A stretch of DNA of 64,000 nt from Candidatus Doudnabacteria bacterium (GTDB taxonomy: Bacteria; Patescibacteriota; Doudnabacteria; UBA920; O2-02-FULL-48-8): positions 3,168 to 67,167 of the forward strand of contig JACPKU010000004.1 in the NCBI GenBank assembly GCA_016186915.1, read 5' to 3'. The position numbers and the translations under genes are program-made. The notes under the pieces were generated by a model. It did no database searches and had not been told where the DNA came from. It saw only the letters and a program-made list of their open reading frames with translations. Position 1 is the stretch's first letter, and each line of letters opens with the position of its first letter. This document shows positions 37,670 through 46,023 of the stretch, piece by piece.

Positions 37670-39178
37670 TTGGTGAGATTGCTTCGGCGCAAGCTGCTCG
37701 CAAAGACAAGAACTATGATTATCAAGAACAAAGAACAAGCAATAATCGCAGGCTATCTTCTCAACCCGGGCCAAAGGCATTACCAAGTCGGCGGTCCGGC
37801 ATCTTGGAAGCACTTATTTAGTAAGCTTAGAGTCAAAAAGCTGCTGAAAATATTCGAAGAGATTGAATTGCCACTGATGCCAGTCTTGGCCAAAATGGAA
37901 AAAAGAGGTATTAAACTTGATCTCAAACAGCTGCGACAGTTGAGCAAAAAATTAACCAGCCGGATAGACAAGCTGACCAAACAAATTTATCGCCAAGCCG
38001 GCAAAAAGTTTAATGTTGCTTCTCCGATTCAACTGCGGGATGTGTTGTTTGAGCACTTGAAGATTCCAACAGAAAACTTGCGCAAAACCGGCAAAACCAA
38101 AGCTTTGTCCACGGCGGCCACAGAACTGGAAAAGTTGCGGGAATTGCACCCGATTATTGATTTGATTTTGGAATATCGAGAACTGACCAAGCTGAAATCC
38201 ACTTATGTCGATGCCTTGCCGGAACTGGTGGGGGCGGACGGCAGATTGCATACCAAATACAGTCAGACGGTGGCGGCCACGGGGAGGCTTTCTTCCTCTG
38301 ATCCCAATTTACAAAACATCCCAATTCGTACCGAGCTTGGCAACCAGGTGCGCAAAGCTTTTGTGGCAGAAAAGGGATTTGTCTTAGCTTCTCTGGATTA
38401 TTCCCAAATTGAACTGCGCATTGCCGCCACCTTATCAGGCGATAAAGAAATGATCAAGATTTTCTCCGCCGGAGGCGGATCCGCCTTTGGCGGAAAAGAC
38501 GGCGATTTTCACGCCTCCACCGCTTCGAGAATTTTTGACACTCCTGAGTCAAAAGTAACACCCAGACAGCGCCGGGACGCCAAGACCATCAATTTCAGTG
38601 TGCTTTACGGCGTGTCGGCTTTTGGCTTATCCTCCCGCTCTGAAATGAGCCAAGCCGAGGCCCGGGATTATATCAACAAATATTATGAGGTGTTTAAAGA
38701 TTTAAAAAAATATATAGACACCACAATCAAACAAGCGCATGAAGATGAATTTGTGACTAATCCTTTGGGACGGATCAGAAATTTTGCCGAGATTAATTCG
38801 CCTGTTTATCCAATCCGAGCTGCGGCAGAGCGCGCGGCGTTTAATATGCCGCTCCAATCTTTGGCCGCTGACATCATGAAAATGGCCATGATTCGTATAG
38901 ATGAATTTTTGCAAAATTCATCTATCTCTGATTTAATCTCCCCCTCGGGGGGAGATGCCGCCAAAGGCGACAGAGAGGGGAAAACTGCTGTAAACGACGA
39001 GTGTCGCTTACTCCTGTCAGTGCATGATGAATTGGTGTTTGAAATTAAAAAAGGCAAAGAAAAACAATACTTGCCGAAAATCAAAAAAATTATGGAAACG
39101 GTTTATCAATTATCAGTGCCAGTAACGGTGGATGTAAAAGTGGGAAAGAACTGGATGGAGATGAAAGAATTGGAATAG
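37670..39178 (+). CDS. polA: DNA polymerase I polymerase domain ORF, in a different frame from the upstream exo ORF
   Basis: Pol A motifs DYSQIELRI (motif A), RRDAKTINFSVLYG (motif B) and HDELVFE (motif C). It starts in the vestigial 3'-5' exo region (IIAGYLLNPG). The frame is open back to 37604 and overlaps the upstream ORF end. Confidence 0.8.
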   Translation: MVRLLRRKLLAKTRTMIIKNKEQAIIAGYLLNPGQRHYQVGGPASWKHLFSKLRVKKLLKIFEEIELPLMPVLAKMEKRGIKLDLKQLRQLSKKLTSRIDKLTKQIYRQAGKKFNVASPIQLRDVLFEHLKIPTENLRKTGKTKALSTAATELEKLRELHPIIDLILEYRELTKLKSTYVDALPELVGADGRLHTKYSQTVAATGRLSSSDPNLQNIPIRTELGNQVRKAFVAEKGFVLASLDYSQIELRIAATLSGDKEMIKIFSAGGGSAFGGKDGDFHASTASRIFDTPESKVTPRQRRDAKTINFSVLYGVSAFGLSSRSEMSQAEARDYINKYYEVFKDLKKYIDTTIKQAHEDEFVTNPLGRIRNFAEINSPVYPIRAAAERAAFNMPLQSLAADIMKMAMIRIDEFLQNSSISDLISPSGGDAAKGDREGKTAVNDECRLLLSVHDELVFEIKKGKEKQYLPKIKKIMETVYQLSVPVTVDVKVGKNWMEMKELE

Positions 39179-39194
39179 TGAATGTGGAATATAG

Positions 39195-39225
39195 AAAAAC
39201 CGCCTAAGGTTAGGCGGCTTTTTTG
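39195..39225. terminator. Bidirectional terminator
   Basis: aaaaaccgcctaaggttaggcggcttttttg. It overlaps the rpsT stop. Confidence 0.6.
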
Positions 39226-39482
39226 TTAGAGGCAATTAATTTGCTCAATCTCGATTTATGACGGTTGGCGTTGTTTTTCTTTATTATGCCTTTCTTGGCG
39301 GCCTTGTCATAGGCTGAGAAGACGTTCTCCAAGGCTTTTCTAGCTTCTTCCAACTTTCCAGCAGTTGTTAATTTTTTAAATTGCTTAACAGCTGCTTTGA
39401 CTTTGTTCTGGGTAAGAAGATTGAATTTTCGTCTTTTTAGATTTTGTCTGGCGGCCTTGATGGCGGATTTGGTGGTGGGCAT
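39210..39482 (-). CDS. rpsT: 30S ribosomal protein S20
   Basis: MPTTKSAIKAARQNLKRRKFN is the canonical S20 N-terminus. Confidence 0.85.
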   Translation of the reverse strand: MPTTKSAIKAARQNLKRRKFNLLTQNKVKAAVKQFKKLTTAGKLEEARKALENVFSAYDKAAKKGIIKKNNANRHKSRLSKLIASNKKAA

Positions 39483-39629
39483 ATATTTAGTGAGTAGTTA
39501 GTAGTTTGTAGTGAGTAGAAAACAAGTAAAATAAGATCCAGCTAAGTCTAACAAAAGATAGGTGACAAATCAAGAGGCGGAGGGGGGCTGAAAGTTGATG
39601 GTTCAGCCCCCTAACTTGGCAGTCATGGT

Positions 39630-39929
39630 TTAGCAGCGTTTCTCAAAGTTGAGAACGATGGCCGGCTGGCCAGTGTGGTTTTGTGGCGCGCAGCGTGCGG
39701 CGAATCGCTGGCGCTGTGTTTGGTAAGGAATGTTCCTTTGTATCCTCTTGAGGCTAAGCGCAACAAGCGCCAGGCGAACCCTTTCGTACTCCTCCGCATC
39801 CAGAACTTCAAACACAGCTGACATTTCTGGATTGGGCAGTTGAGGCTTGAACCACTGGCTTGAGATGTGGTAGCAGGTTTGGCCAAAGATGTTCACCTTA
39901 CGGATGACTGCATAAAGCGTGTCAAACAT
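39630..39929 (-). CDS. Hypothetical protein, GC-rich ORF with a strong SD
   Basis: aggagg 5 nt upstream of the ATG. G/C-ending codon bias unlike its neighbours. No recognisable domain. Confidence 0.35.
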   Translation of the reverse strand: MFDTLYAVIRKVNIFGQTCYHISSQWFKPQLPNPEMSAVFEVLDAEEYERVRLALVALSLKRIQRNIPYQTQRQRFAARCAPQNHTGQPAIVLNFEKRC

Positions 39930-40098
39930 GCGTCCTCCTCTTAATCACAAAATACCAGTCGTTGAGTTTTGCGTCAACTTATTTTAGTCTATGTCTTTTC
40001 ATTCTCTGCTTCTCGCGGGTGGCAGATTTAGTATTGGGCATAAGTTAGGTGATAGATGAATAGTTTAACAAAAAACGGATACATAATTAAGCGGACAG

Positions 40099-40866
40099 TT
40101 ATTCCCGAATTGTTGAGTCAACATATTTAAATAAAGCTTTTAATGTATTGGCAATATTTTTGTCTTCAATAATCACAGCTATGGGATTATTTTCAGAAAA
40201 AGAAAAAATGGCTGTTTTATCATCGTAAATATCAATCTCGGTATCAAAAGCATATTCTATTGGGATAAATTTGGTAATTCTGGCAACAGCCTTATCTCTT
40301 TTTTTACTTTCGCGCGACCAATCGGTGTCAGGAGCAATGTCGTAACATTTTATTCCAAGTTTAGCTCTTTTAGTAATATAATAGTAAACCCAATCAGCTC
40401 CCATTTTTTTAAACACAGCATCAGTACCAGTAAAATCATAAAGATTTTTTTCTTTATTATTCAGGAGAGTATCTTCATAGGCTTGCTTAATCCCCTCTAT
40501 TCCCTGAAAGAATTGAATTTTCGGAAAACTTATTTGCTTGTTTCGTACTGCTTCAATTTCCGGCAGTATTTTTTCTATTTCTGCTTTACTTTTTGATAAA
40601 TCAAGTTTCTTGTTTTCTATATAATTTACCAATAAACGTGGAGAAATAGATTGGAATTCCAAAATTTTTCCTTGTTCCGTTGAAGAAGCAAGCCCTTTTT
40701 CTATTAAAGATTTTAAAACTCCGTAAGCAGTGGTTCGGTTAAGTTTGGCCAATCTGGCAACTTCTTTGACCTTTAAAGAGGCATGTTCAAGTAGAATTGA
40801 CAACACAACTATTTCGTTATTGTTAAGATCTATATTTTTAATGAGTTGTTCTATTTGTTGTCTCAT
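40099..40866 (-). CDS. TrmB family transcriptional regulator
   Basis: N-terminal wHTH VLSILLEHASLKVKEVARLAKLNRTTAYGVLKSLIEKGL typical of TrmB. Confidence 0.65.
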   Translation of the reverse strand: MRQQIEQLIKNIDLNNNEIVVLSILLEHASLKVKEVARLAKLNRTTAYGVLKSLIEKGLASSTEQGKILEFQSISPRLLVNYIENKKLDLSKSKAEIEKILPEIEAVRNKQISFPKIQFFQGIEGIKQAYEDTLLNNKEKNLYDFTGTDAVFKKMGADWVYYYITKRAKLGIKCYDIAPDTDWSRESKKRDKAVARITKFIPIEYAFDTEIDIYDDKTAIFSFSENNPIAVIIEDKNIANTLKALFKYVDSTIRE

Positions 40867-40875
40867 AATAAAGTC

Positions 40876-40903
40876 ATTATAGAATTTTGTCTAATTTTGT
40901 CAA
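40876..40903 (-). promoter_or_regulatory. Promoter for the TrmB-like gene: TTGACA-N16-TATAAT on the minus strand
   Basis: Minus-strand sequence ttgacaaaattagacaaaattctataat. It lies within an outward-facing inverted TTGTCAAC/TTGACAA pair. Confidence 0.55.
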
Positions 40904-40919
40904 CAATTTTGGAAAATAA

Positions 40920-40947
40920 TTGACAAATCAGCCTAAGTAATTAAGAT
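40920..40947 (+). promoter_or_regulatory. Divergent promoter TTGACA-N16-TAAGAT for the radical-SAM-like gene
   Basis: ttgacaaatcagcctaagtaattaagat. It uses the same TAAGAT -10 as the promoter at 6265. Confidence 0.5.
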
Positions 40948-40981
40948 ATAATTGTCCGTTAGAAAGGACAAAGGAGGGTTT

Positions 40982-41614
40982 ATGAAAAAAGTGGTGGCGG
41001 TGCAGTTGCCAGCGCCATATTGCGGCATTGGCTGTTCATTCTGTCGAACGGCAAATGAGCATGGTGGCGATGTCAGCGCCGTTCGACGGGCTCTTTCCGA
41101 GCAGCTTGCGGACTGTGAAGAAGTCTATCTGACCAGCGTAGGCGAGACCGGGAATTGTGCCGAGTTCCAGGACATTGTGCAGATGTTGCAGGAACGAGGC
41201 ATTCCGGTATCGGTACTCTGCGCAACGGCGCAGTCAGTAGTGGCTGGTCTCAAGCGAGTTGAGATCAGTTACGAGGAAGATGAACCAACGGCGTTCACAG
41301 CCCCGCTGGCGATAGCGAAGGCTAGGAAGCTTGGGGTCCCGGTGGTCCTGTCCGTGGTGGACAAGGGCAACAAGGCTATCAATCCCCAGGCACTCACCGA
41401 GCGGTTCAATGTGTCAGGGGTGCTGATCCGAGCGTTGCAGGCTGAGGGGCACTCACGCTCCTGCCATGGTCACAGCTCGTTCTGGGTCAGTGATTCAGCA
41501 GAGCTTGGCGCGTTCCCGGTCGGAGCATATCGGGAGCTTGCCAGCATTGGGGTCTCGGCTGTCTGCATCGACCACCTCGGACGGCAAGTTCAGTACTTAG
41601 GAGCAGCCGCCTGA
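40982..41614 (+). CDS. Small radical SAM-like protein (CxxxCxxC), GC-rich
   Basis: YCGIGCSFC (C-x3-C-x2-C) near the N-terminus. SD aggaggg before the ATG at 40982. G/C-rich codon usage. Confidence 0.45.
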   Translation: MKKVVAVQLPAPYCGIGCSFCRTANEHGGDVSAVRRALSEQLADCEEVYLTSVGETGNCAEFQDIVQMLQERGIPVSVLCATAQSVVAGLKRVEISYEEDEPTAFTAPLAIAKARKLGVPVVLSVVDKGNKAINPQALTERFNVSGVLIRALQAEGHSRSCHGHSSFWVSDSAELGAFPVGAYRELASIGVSAVCIDHLGRQVQYLGAAA

Positions 41615-41712
41615 CTTCAATGGGCACGCCCTGTTTGTTTACAGGACACGGCCCCGTTTTTTTATTTCAACTTGTACTTCTCCGTCCTTTGCTACTACCG
41701 GATGATCACGAT

Positions 41713-41748
41713 TTGACAACCACCATGCGATAGGTGGGTGGTTGTCAA
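41713..41748. repeat. Conserved intergenic hairpin element, copy 2
   Basis: ttgacaaccaccatgcgataggtgggtggttgtcaa. Confidence 0.6.
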
Positions 41749-41788
41749 GTTAGATGACTTTGAATTTTTAGAGATTTTAATACATCAC

Positions 41789-43808
41789 ATCACTTATGTC
41801 TTTTCATCCGTTGTTTGTCGCGGATGCTGGCGATTTGATCGCGAAGGCCGGCGGCTTGTTCAAAGTCCAGATTTCTGGCCGCCAAGTCCATTTGATCCCG
41901 CAATTCTTCGATCAGGTACGCGACTTCCTGCCGGGTCATTTTGTTTAAGTCGATCCGTGATCCGTGATCCGTGATCCGTGACTCCTCTTTCTTACCCGCA
42001 AGACGTGATTCTTTCACTGCTTTTTCTATGCCCTTGGGAGTAATGCCATACTTTTTATTATAGTCTTCCTGAATCTTGCGTCGCCGTTCAACTTCGGCAA
42101 TAGCCCGTTGCATAGAACCCGTGATTTTGTCTGCATACATAATCACATGGCCTTCGATGTGGCGGGCTGCCCGGCCCATGGTTTGAATGAGTGAAGTGTC
42201 GGAGCGCAGGAACCCTTCTTTGTCAGCATCCAGGATCGCCACCAGCGACACTTCTGGCAGATCCAGACCTTCGCGCAGAAGATTGATGCCCACCACCACG
42301 TCATAAATGCCTAATCTTAGATCGCGCAGAATCTCTAAGCGTTCCAAGGTGTCCACGTCAGAGTGCAGGTAATGCACCTTGATGTTGTATTCAGTCAAAT
42401 ACTGCGCCAGTTCCTCTGCCGTGTTTTTGGTTAAGGTGGTGACCAGCACGCGTTGTTTTCCGCCGGCAGGCAGGTTCACTCTTTTCTGGATTTCTTCCAT
42501 CAAATCATCCACTTGGTTTTTCGTTGGTCTGACTTCTATCTTGGGATCCAAAAGCCCGGTCGGGCGGATAAGTTGCTGCGCCACTTGTTTGGAAATTTTT
42601 AACTCCCGGTCTTTTACCGGGGTGGCCGACACAAATATGGTTTGGCTAATTCGTTTTTCAAACTCTTCAAATTTTAAAGGCCGATTGTCAGCGGCAGAAG
42701 GCAGGCGAAACCCATAATCAATCAAAGTTTGTTTGCGGGACTTGTCTCCCAAATACATGCTCCCAATTTGCGGCAGGGTCATGTGCGATTCGTCTATAAA
42801 TAACAGAAACTCATCTGGAAAATAATCCAAAAGCGTGGAAGGCGGCTCACCGGGAGAGCGAAAATCCATGTGCCGCGAGTAGTTTTCAATGCCGTTGACA
42901 TAACCGGTTTCCAGCATCATCTCAATGTCAAAGTTCGTGCGCTGTTCAATGCGCTGGGCTTCGATCGCCCTGTCTTTACTTTTGAAAAATTTGACTTGTT
43001 TTTTTAGCTCGTCGCGGATGTTGTCTACGGCCTTAAACAATTTTTCTTTGGTGGTGACAAAGTGTTTGGCCGGGAAGACGGTCAGATGTTGAATCGAACC
43101 TAGATCGCTGCCGGTGAGAGGATCGTGAATGGATATTTTTTCGATTTCATCCCCGAAGAAGTTGACTCGATAGATTTTGTCCTCGGAAGCCGGGATCAGT
43201 TCAACAGTGTCGCCGCGGACGCGGAAATTGCCCCGCTCAAGATTGACATCGTTGCGGATGAATTGCAGGTCAGTGAGTTTGCGCAAGAGCTTGTCTCGTT
43301 TGCTGCTTGCCCCAACTTTTAGAGGGACAGACAGGTCCAGATAATCACCCGGACTGCCCAAGCCGTAAATGCAGGAGACCGAAGCCACGATTAAGACATC
43401 CGAGCGAGACAGCAGGCTTTGCGTGGCCGCGTTTCTTAACTTGTCAATTTCTTCATTAATTTCCGTTTCCTTTTCGATGTAGGTATCGGAGCGCGGAATA
43501 TAGGCCTCGGGCTGGTAGTAATCATAGTAGGAGACGAAGTAGTGCACGGCGTTGTCCGGGAAGAAATCCTGAAATTCGCTGGCTAATTGGGCAGCTAAGG
43601 TTTTGTTATGCGAAATGACCAGAGTCGGCTTATTAATTTTTTCCACCACATTGGCCATAGTAAAAGTCTTCCCACTACCCGTCACGCCCAAAAGCGTCTG
43701 GTAGCGGAATTTTTTATGCAACCCTGAAACCAATTTTTCTATGGCCTGCGACTGGTCGCCAGCCGGTTTGAAATTTGAACGCAGCTTGAAATGCATAGCA
43801 ACCTTCAT
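41789..43808 (-). CDS. uvrB: Excinuclease ABC subunit B
   Basis: [12 protein letters not shown] Walker A, helicase motifs, and a C-terminal UVR domain ([13 protein letters not shown]). Confidence 0.95.
41952..41979. repeat. Tandem heptamer (GATCCGT)x4 in frame inside uvrB
   Basis: gatccgtgatccgtgatccgtgatccgt. On the minus strand it encodes TDHGSRI. Confidence 0.8.
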
Positions 43809-43854
43809 TGTAGCAAACCGAGCAAACTTTAGTCGAGAGTGATATAATGCCTTT

Positions 43855-44421
43855 ATGATTGGCTCGATAAACGGACAAGTAAAATATAAAGGACTGGGAT
43901 TTGTGGTCGTGGAAACCGGCGGGGTGGGCTATAAGGTTTTTGTTATTCCCACACTTTTGGCATCTTTAAAAAAGAACCAAGAAACGGAACTGGTAATCCA
44001 CACACACGTCCGTGAAGATCAGATCAGTCTTTATGGATTTTTGGCAACAGAAGAATTAGAATTTTTCGAAATGCTAATCGCGGTTTCAGGCATTGGCCCC
44101 AAATCAGCCTTGGGAATCATGTCGCTAGCTACGGTCGGAATGATCAAGTCGGCCATTGTGTCGGAAGACCCATCGGTGTTCACCAAAGTTTCCGGCATTG
44201 GCCGCAAAACCGCGGAACGCGTGATCGTGGAACTGAAAGAAAAGTTAAAAAACGAGGCAGATGCGGCTCCTGTGGCTAAAGAGCACTCAGATGTATTGGA
44301 TGCACTAGTAGCGCTTGGTTATTCACAACAAGAAGCCAGAGAGGCCTTAAAAGCAGTGCCTGCCGAGGTGACCAAGTTGCAAGAGAAAGTTAAGCTGGCT
44401 TTGAAGAATCTTTCTAAGTAA
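43855..44421 (+). CDS. ruvA: Holliday junction DNA helicase RuvA
   Basis: MIGSINGQV... OB fold and tandem HhH motifs ([15 protein letters not shown]). Confidence 0.9.
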   Translation: MIGSINGQVKYKGLGFVVVETGGVGYKVFVIPTLLASLKKNQETELVIHTHVREDQISLYGFLATEELEFFEMLIAVSGIGPKSALGIMSLATVGMIKSAIVSEDPSVFTKVSGIGRKTAERVIVELKEKLKNEADAAPVAKEHSDVLDALVALGYSQQEAREALKAVPAEVTKLQEKVKLALKNLSK

Positions 44422-44433
44422 ATACTGATTACT

Positions 44434-45363
44434 ATGCTTAGTAACCTTACAGAACAAGCTTGGGATCAAAAAGTTGTCGACCTGGGAGGGTCGATTTTGC
44501 AGTCTTGGGTTTGGGGGGAGTTCCAAGCCGCTTTAGGATTTAAGATTCACAGATTTTCCGGCCCGGATTTTGTAAATTTGGCAATCGAGACGCCTTTGAT
44601 CATAGGCAAAAAATATTTATACAGTCCCCGAGGGCCCTTGGGTGATGTCGAGGCAGGGTTGGTGGATCCCCAAAAACTTTCTGAAACCGATTCTGATATC
44701 GTGTTTGCCAGGGTTGAGCCAAATGTGCCTCTGAGCTTGCCCCGCGCTGTGAAGGACGTGCAGCCAGCAGTGAATTGGATGCTGGATGTTGAGAAAAGAG
44801 AAGAAGATTTGCTTATTAACATGAAACCCAAACATCGGTATAACATTAATTTGGCCCAGCGCCGCGGGGTGGTGGTTCGGGAAGGCAACAAAGAAGACTT
44901 ACTGATTTTTTGGAAGTTGCTTTTGGAGACTGCGGGGCGGAATAAATTTAAGTTGCACCCCCAAAATTACTATTGGCAACTGTGGGAAAAGTTAGGTCCA
45001 GAACACGCCAAACTTTTAATTGCCGAATATCAAGGGAAGCCTTTATCTGGCGTGCTGCTCACAATTTTTTCTGACACAGTAACTTATCTTCACGGCGGAT
45101 CAAGCGCTGCCAACAAAGATGTAATGGCTCCTTATCTTCTGCATTGGGAAGGAATTAAGCTAGCCAAAAGATTGGGAATGAAAAACTATGATTTCGGCGG
45201 TGTCTCATCTGATCCAAGACACCACTGGGCCGGGATAACCAGGTTCAAAAAAGGCTTTGGCGGGTTTGAAGTAGCATACCCGGGCGCATTTGATTTGGTT
45301 TTTGCGCCAATGTGGTATCAGGCCTACAAACAAGCAAGGCTGCTTAGAAAAATAATTAGATAA
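44434..45363 (+). CDS. FemAB family peptidoglycan bridge-formation (aminoacyltransferase) protein
   Basis: FemAB-family fold pattern and length (GGSSAANKD...). Confidence 0.6.
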   Translation: MLSNLTEQAWDQKVVDLGGSILQSWVWGEFQAALGFKIHRFSGPDFVNLAIETPLIIGKKYLYSPRGPLGDVEAGLVDPQKLSETDSDIVFARVEPNVPLSLPRAVKDVQPAVNWMLDVEKREEDLLINMKPKHRYNINLAQRRGVVVREGNKEDLLIFWKLLLETAGRNKFKLHPQNYYWQLWEKLGPEHAKLLIAEYQGKPLSGVLLTIFSDTVTYLHGGSSAANKDVMAPYLLHWEGIKLAKRLGMKNYDFGGVSSDPRHHWAGITRFKKGFGGFEVAYPGAFDLVFAPMWYQAYKQARLLRKIIR

Positions 45364-45364
45364 C

Positions 45365-45763
45365 ATGACTCTATTTATTGATACAACTGATGATCAAAGT
45401 ATTCGTTTGAGCCTGGTCGATGGAAAAAAAGTTTATAATAAAATTTGGTCAGTGGAACGGCGAAGCTCGGAAACCTTGTTTCCCAAACTGTCGGTACTGC
45501 TCAAGTCTAAAAGAGTTAAATTTACTGATTTGGAAAAAATTGTAGGAGTTTTAGGCCCCGGTCCTTTCAGCCGCACGCGCACCGGGATAGTGGCGGCCAA
45601 TGCTTTGGCTTATGCTTTGGATATTCCGCTGGTGGGAATAAAAAAAAACCAAGTTCCAAAAAATTTATTGAGTCTTAAGAAGTTTAAGGGTAGTAAACAA
45701 AACCTTAAACCTTTCTATGCAAGACCTGCTAACATAACCAAGCCCAAAAGGCGTAGTACTTGA
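45365..45763 (+). CDS. tsaB: TsaB (YeaZ)-like protein, short form
   Basis: MTLFIDTTDDQSIRLSL... matches the TsaB N-terminal half and the partner of TsaD/TsaE. At 132 aa it is shorter than typical. Confidence 0.5.
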   Translation: MTLFIDTTDDQSIRLSLVDGKKVYNKIWSVERRSSETLFPKLSVLLKSKRVKFTDLEKIVGVLGPGPFSRTRTGIVAANALAYALDIPLVGIKKNQVPKNLLSLKKFKGSKQNLKPFYARPANITKPKRRST

Positions 45764-46023
45764 CAACTTTTGGGGGACGAGTAATATATAAATGTGGCAT
45801 CTATTTTAATAAGAGCATAGCCTAAACCTGGCTCTTTTTTGCATATGCATTAAAGAGAGTTATTTTTGTGCCCGGTAGTGAAAATTTGACACCCAACCCC
45901 AGTTTATAAAAACTGGCGCTGGGCAAAAAATCGCTTAAACAAGCCAAAATCTCAAATTTTGACCACCTTGCACCTAAAATAGCTCTTTCTCCTTTTTAAT
46001 TAATCAATTTTTTACTACTAGGT

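Noticed and set aside
41952-41979. Possible CRISPR array suggested by the tandem GATCCGT repeats
   Set aside because: Units are 7 nt with no spacers, and they are in frame inside uvrB and valS. This is a microsatellite-like tract, not CRISPR. No cas genes are in the window.
45780-46023. Confident promoter call upstream of rpoB (TTGACC / TTGACA hexamers at about 45887 and 45960)
   Set aside because: Spacing to any -10-like hexamer is 10-13 nt, not 16-18. It is not supportable by eye.
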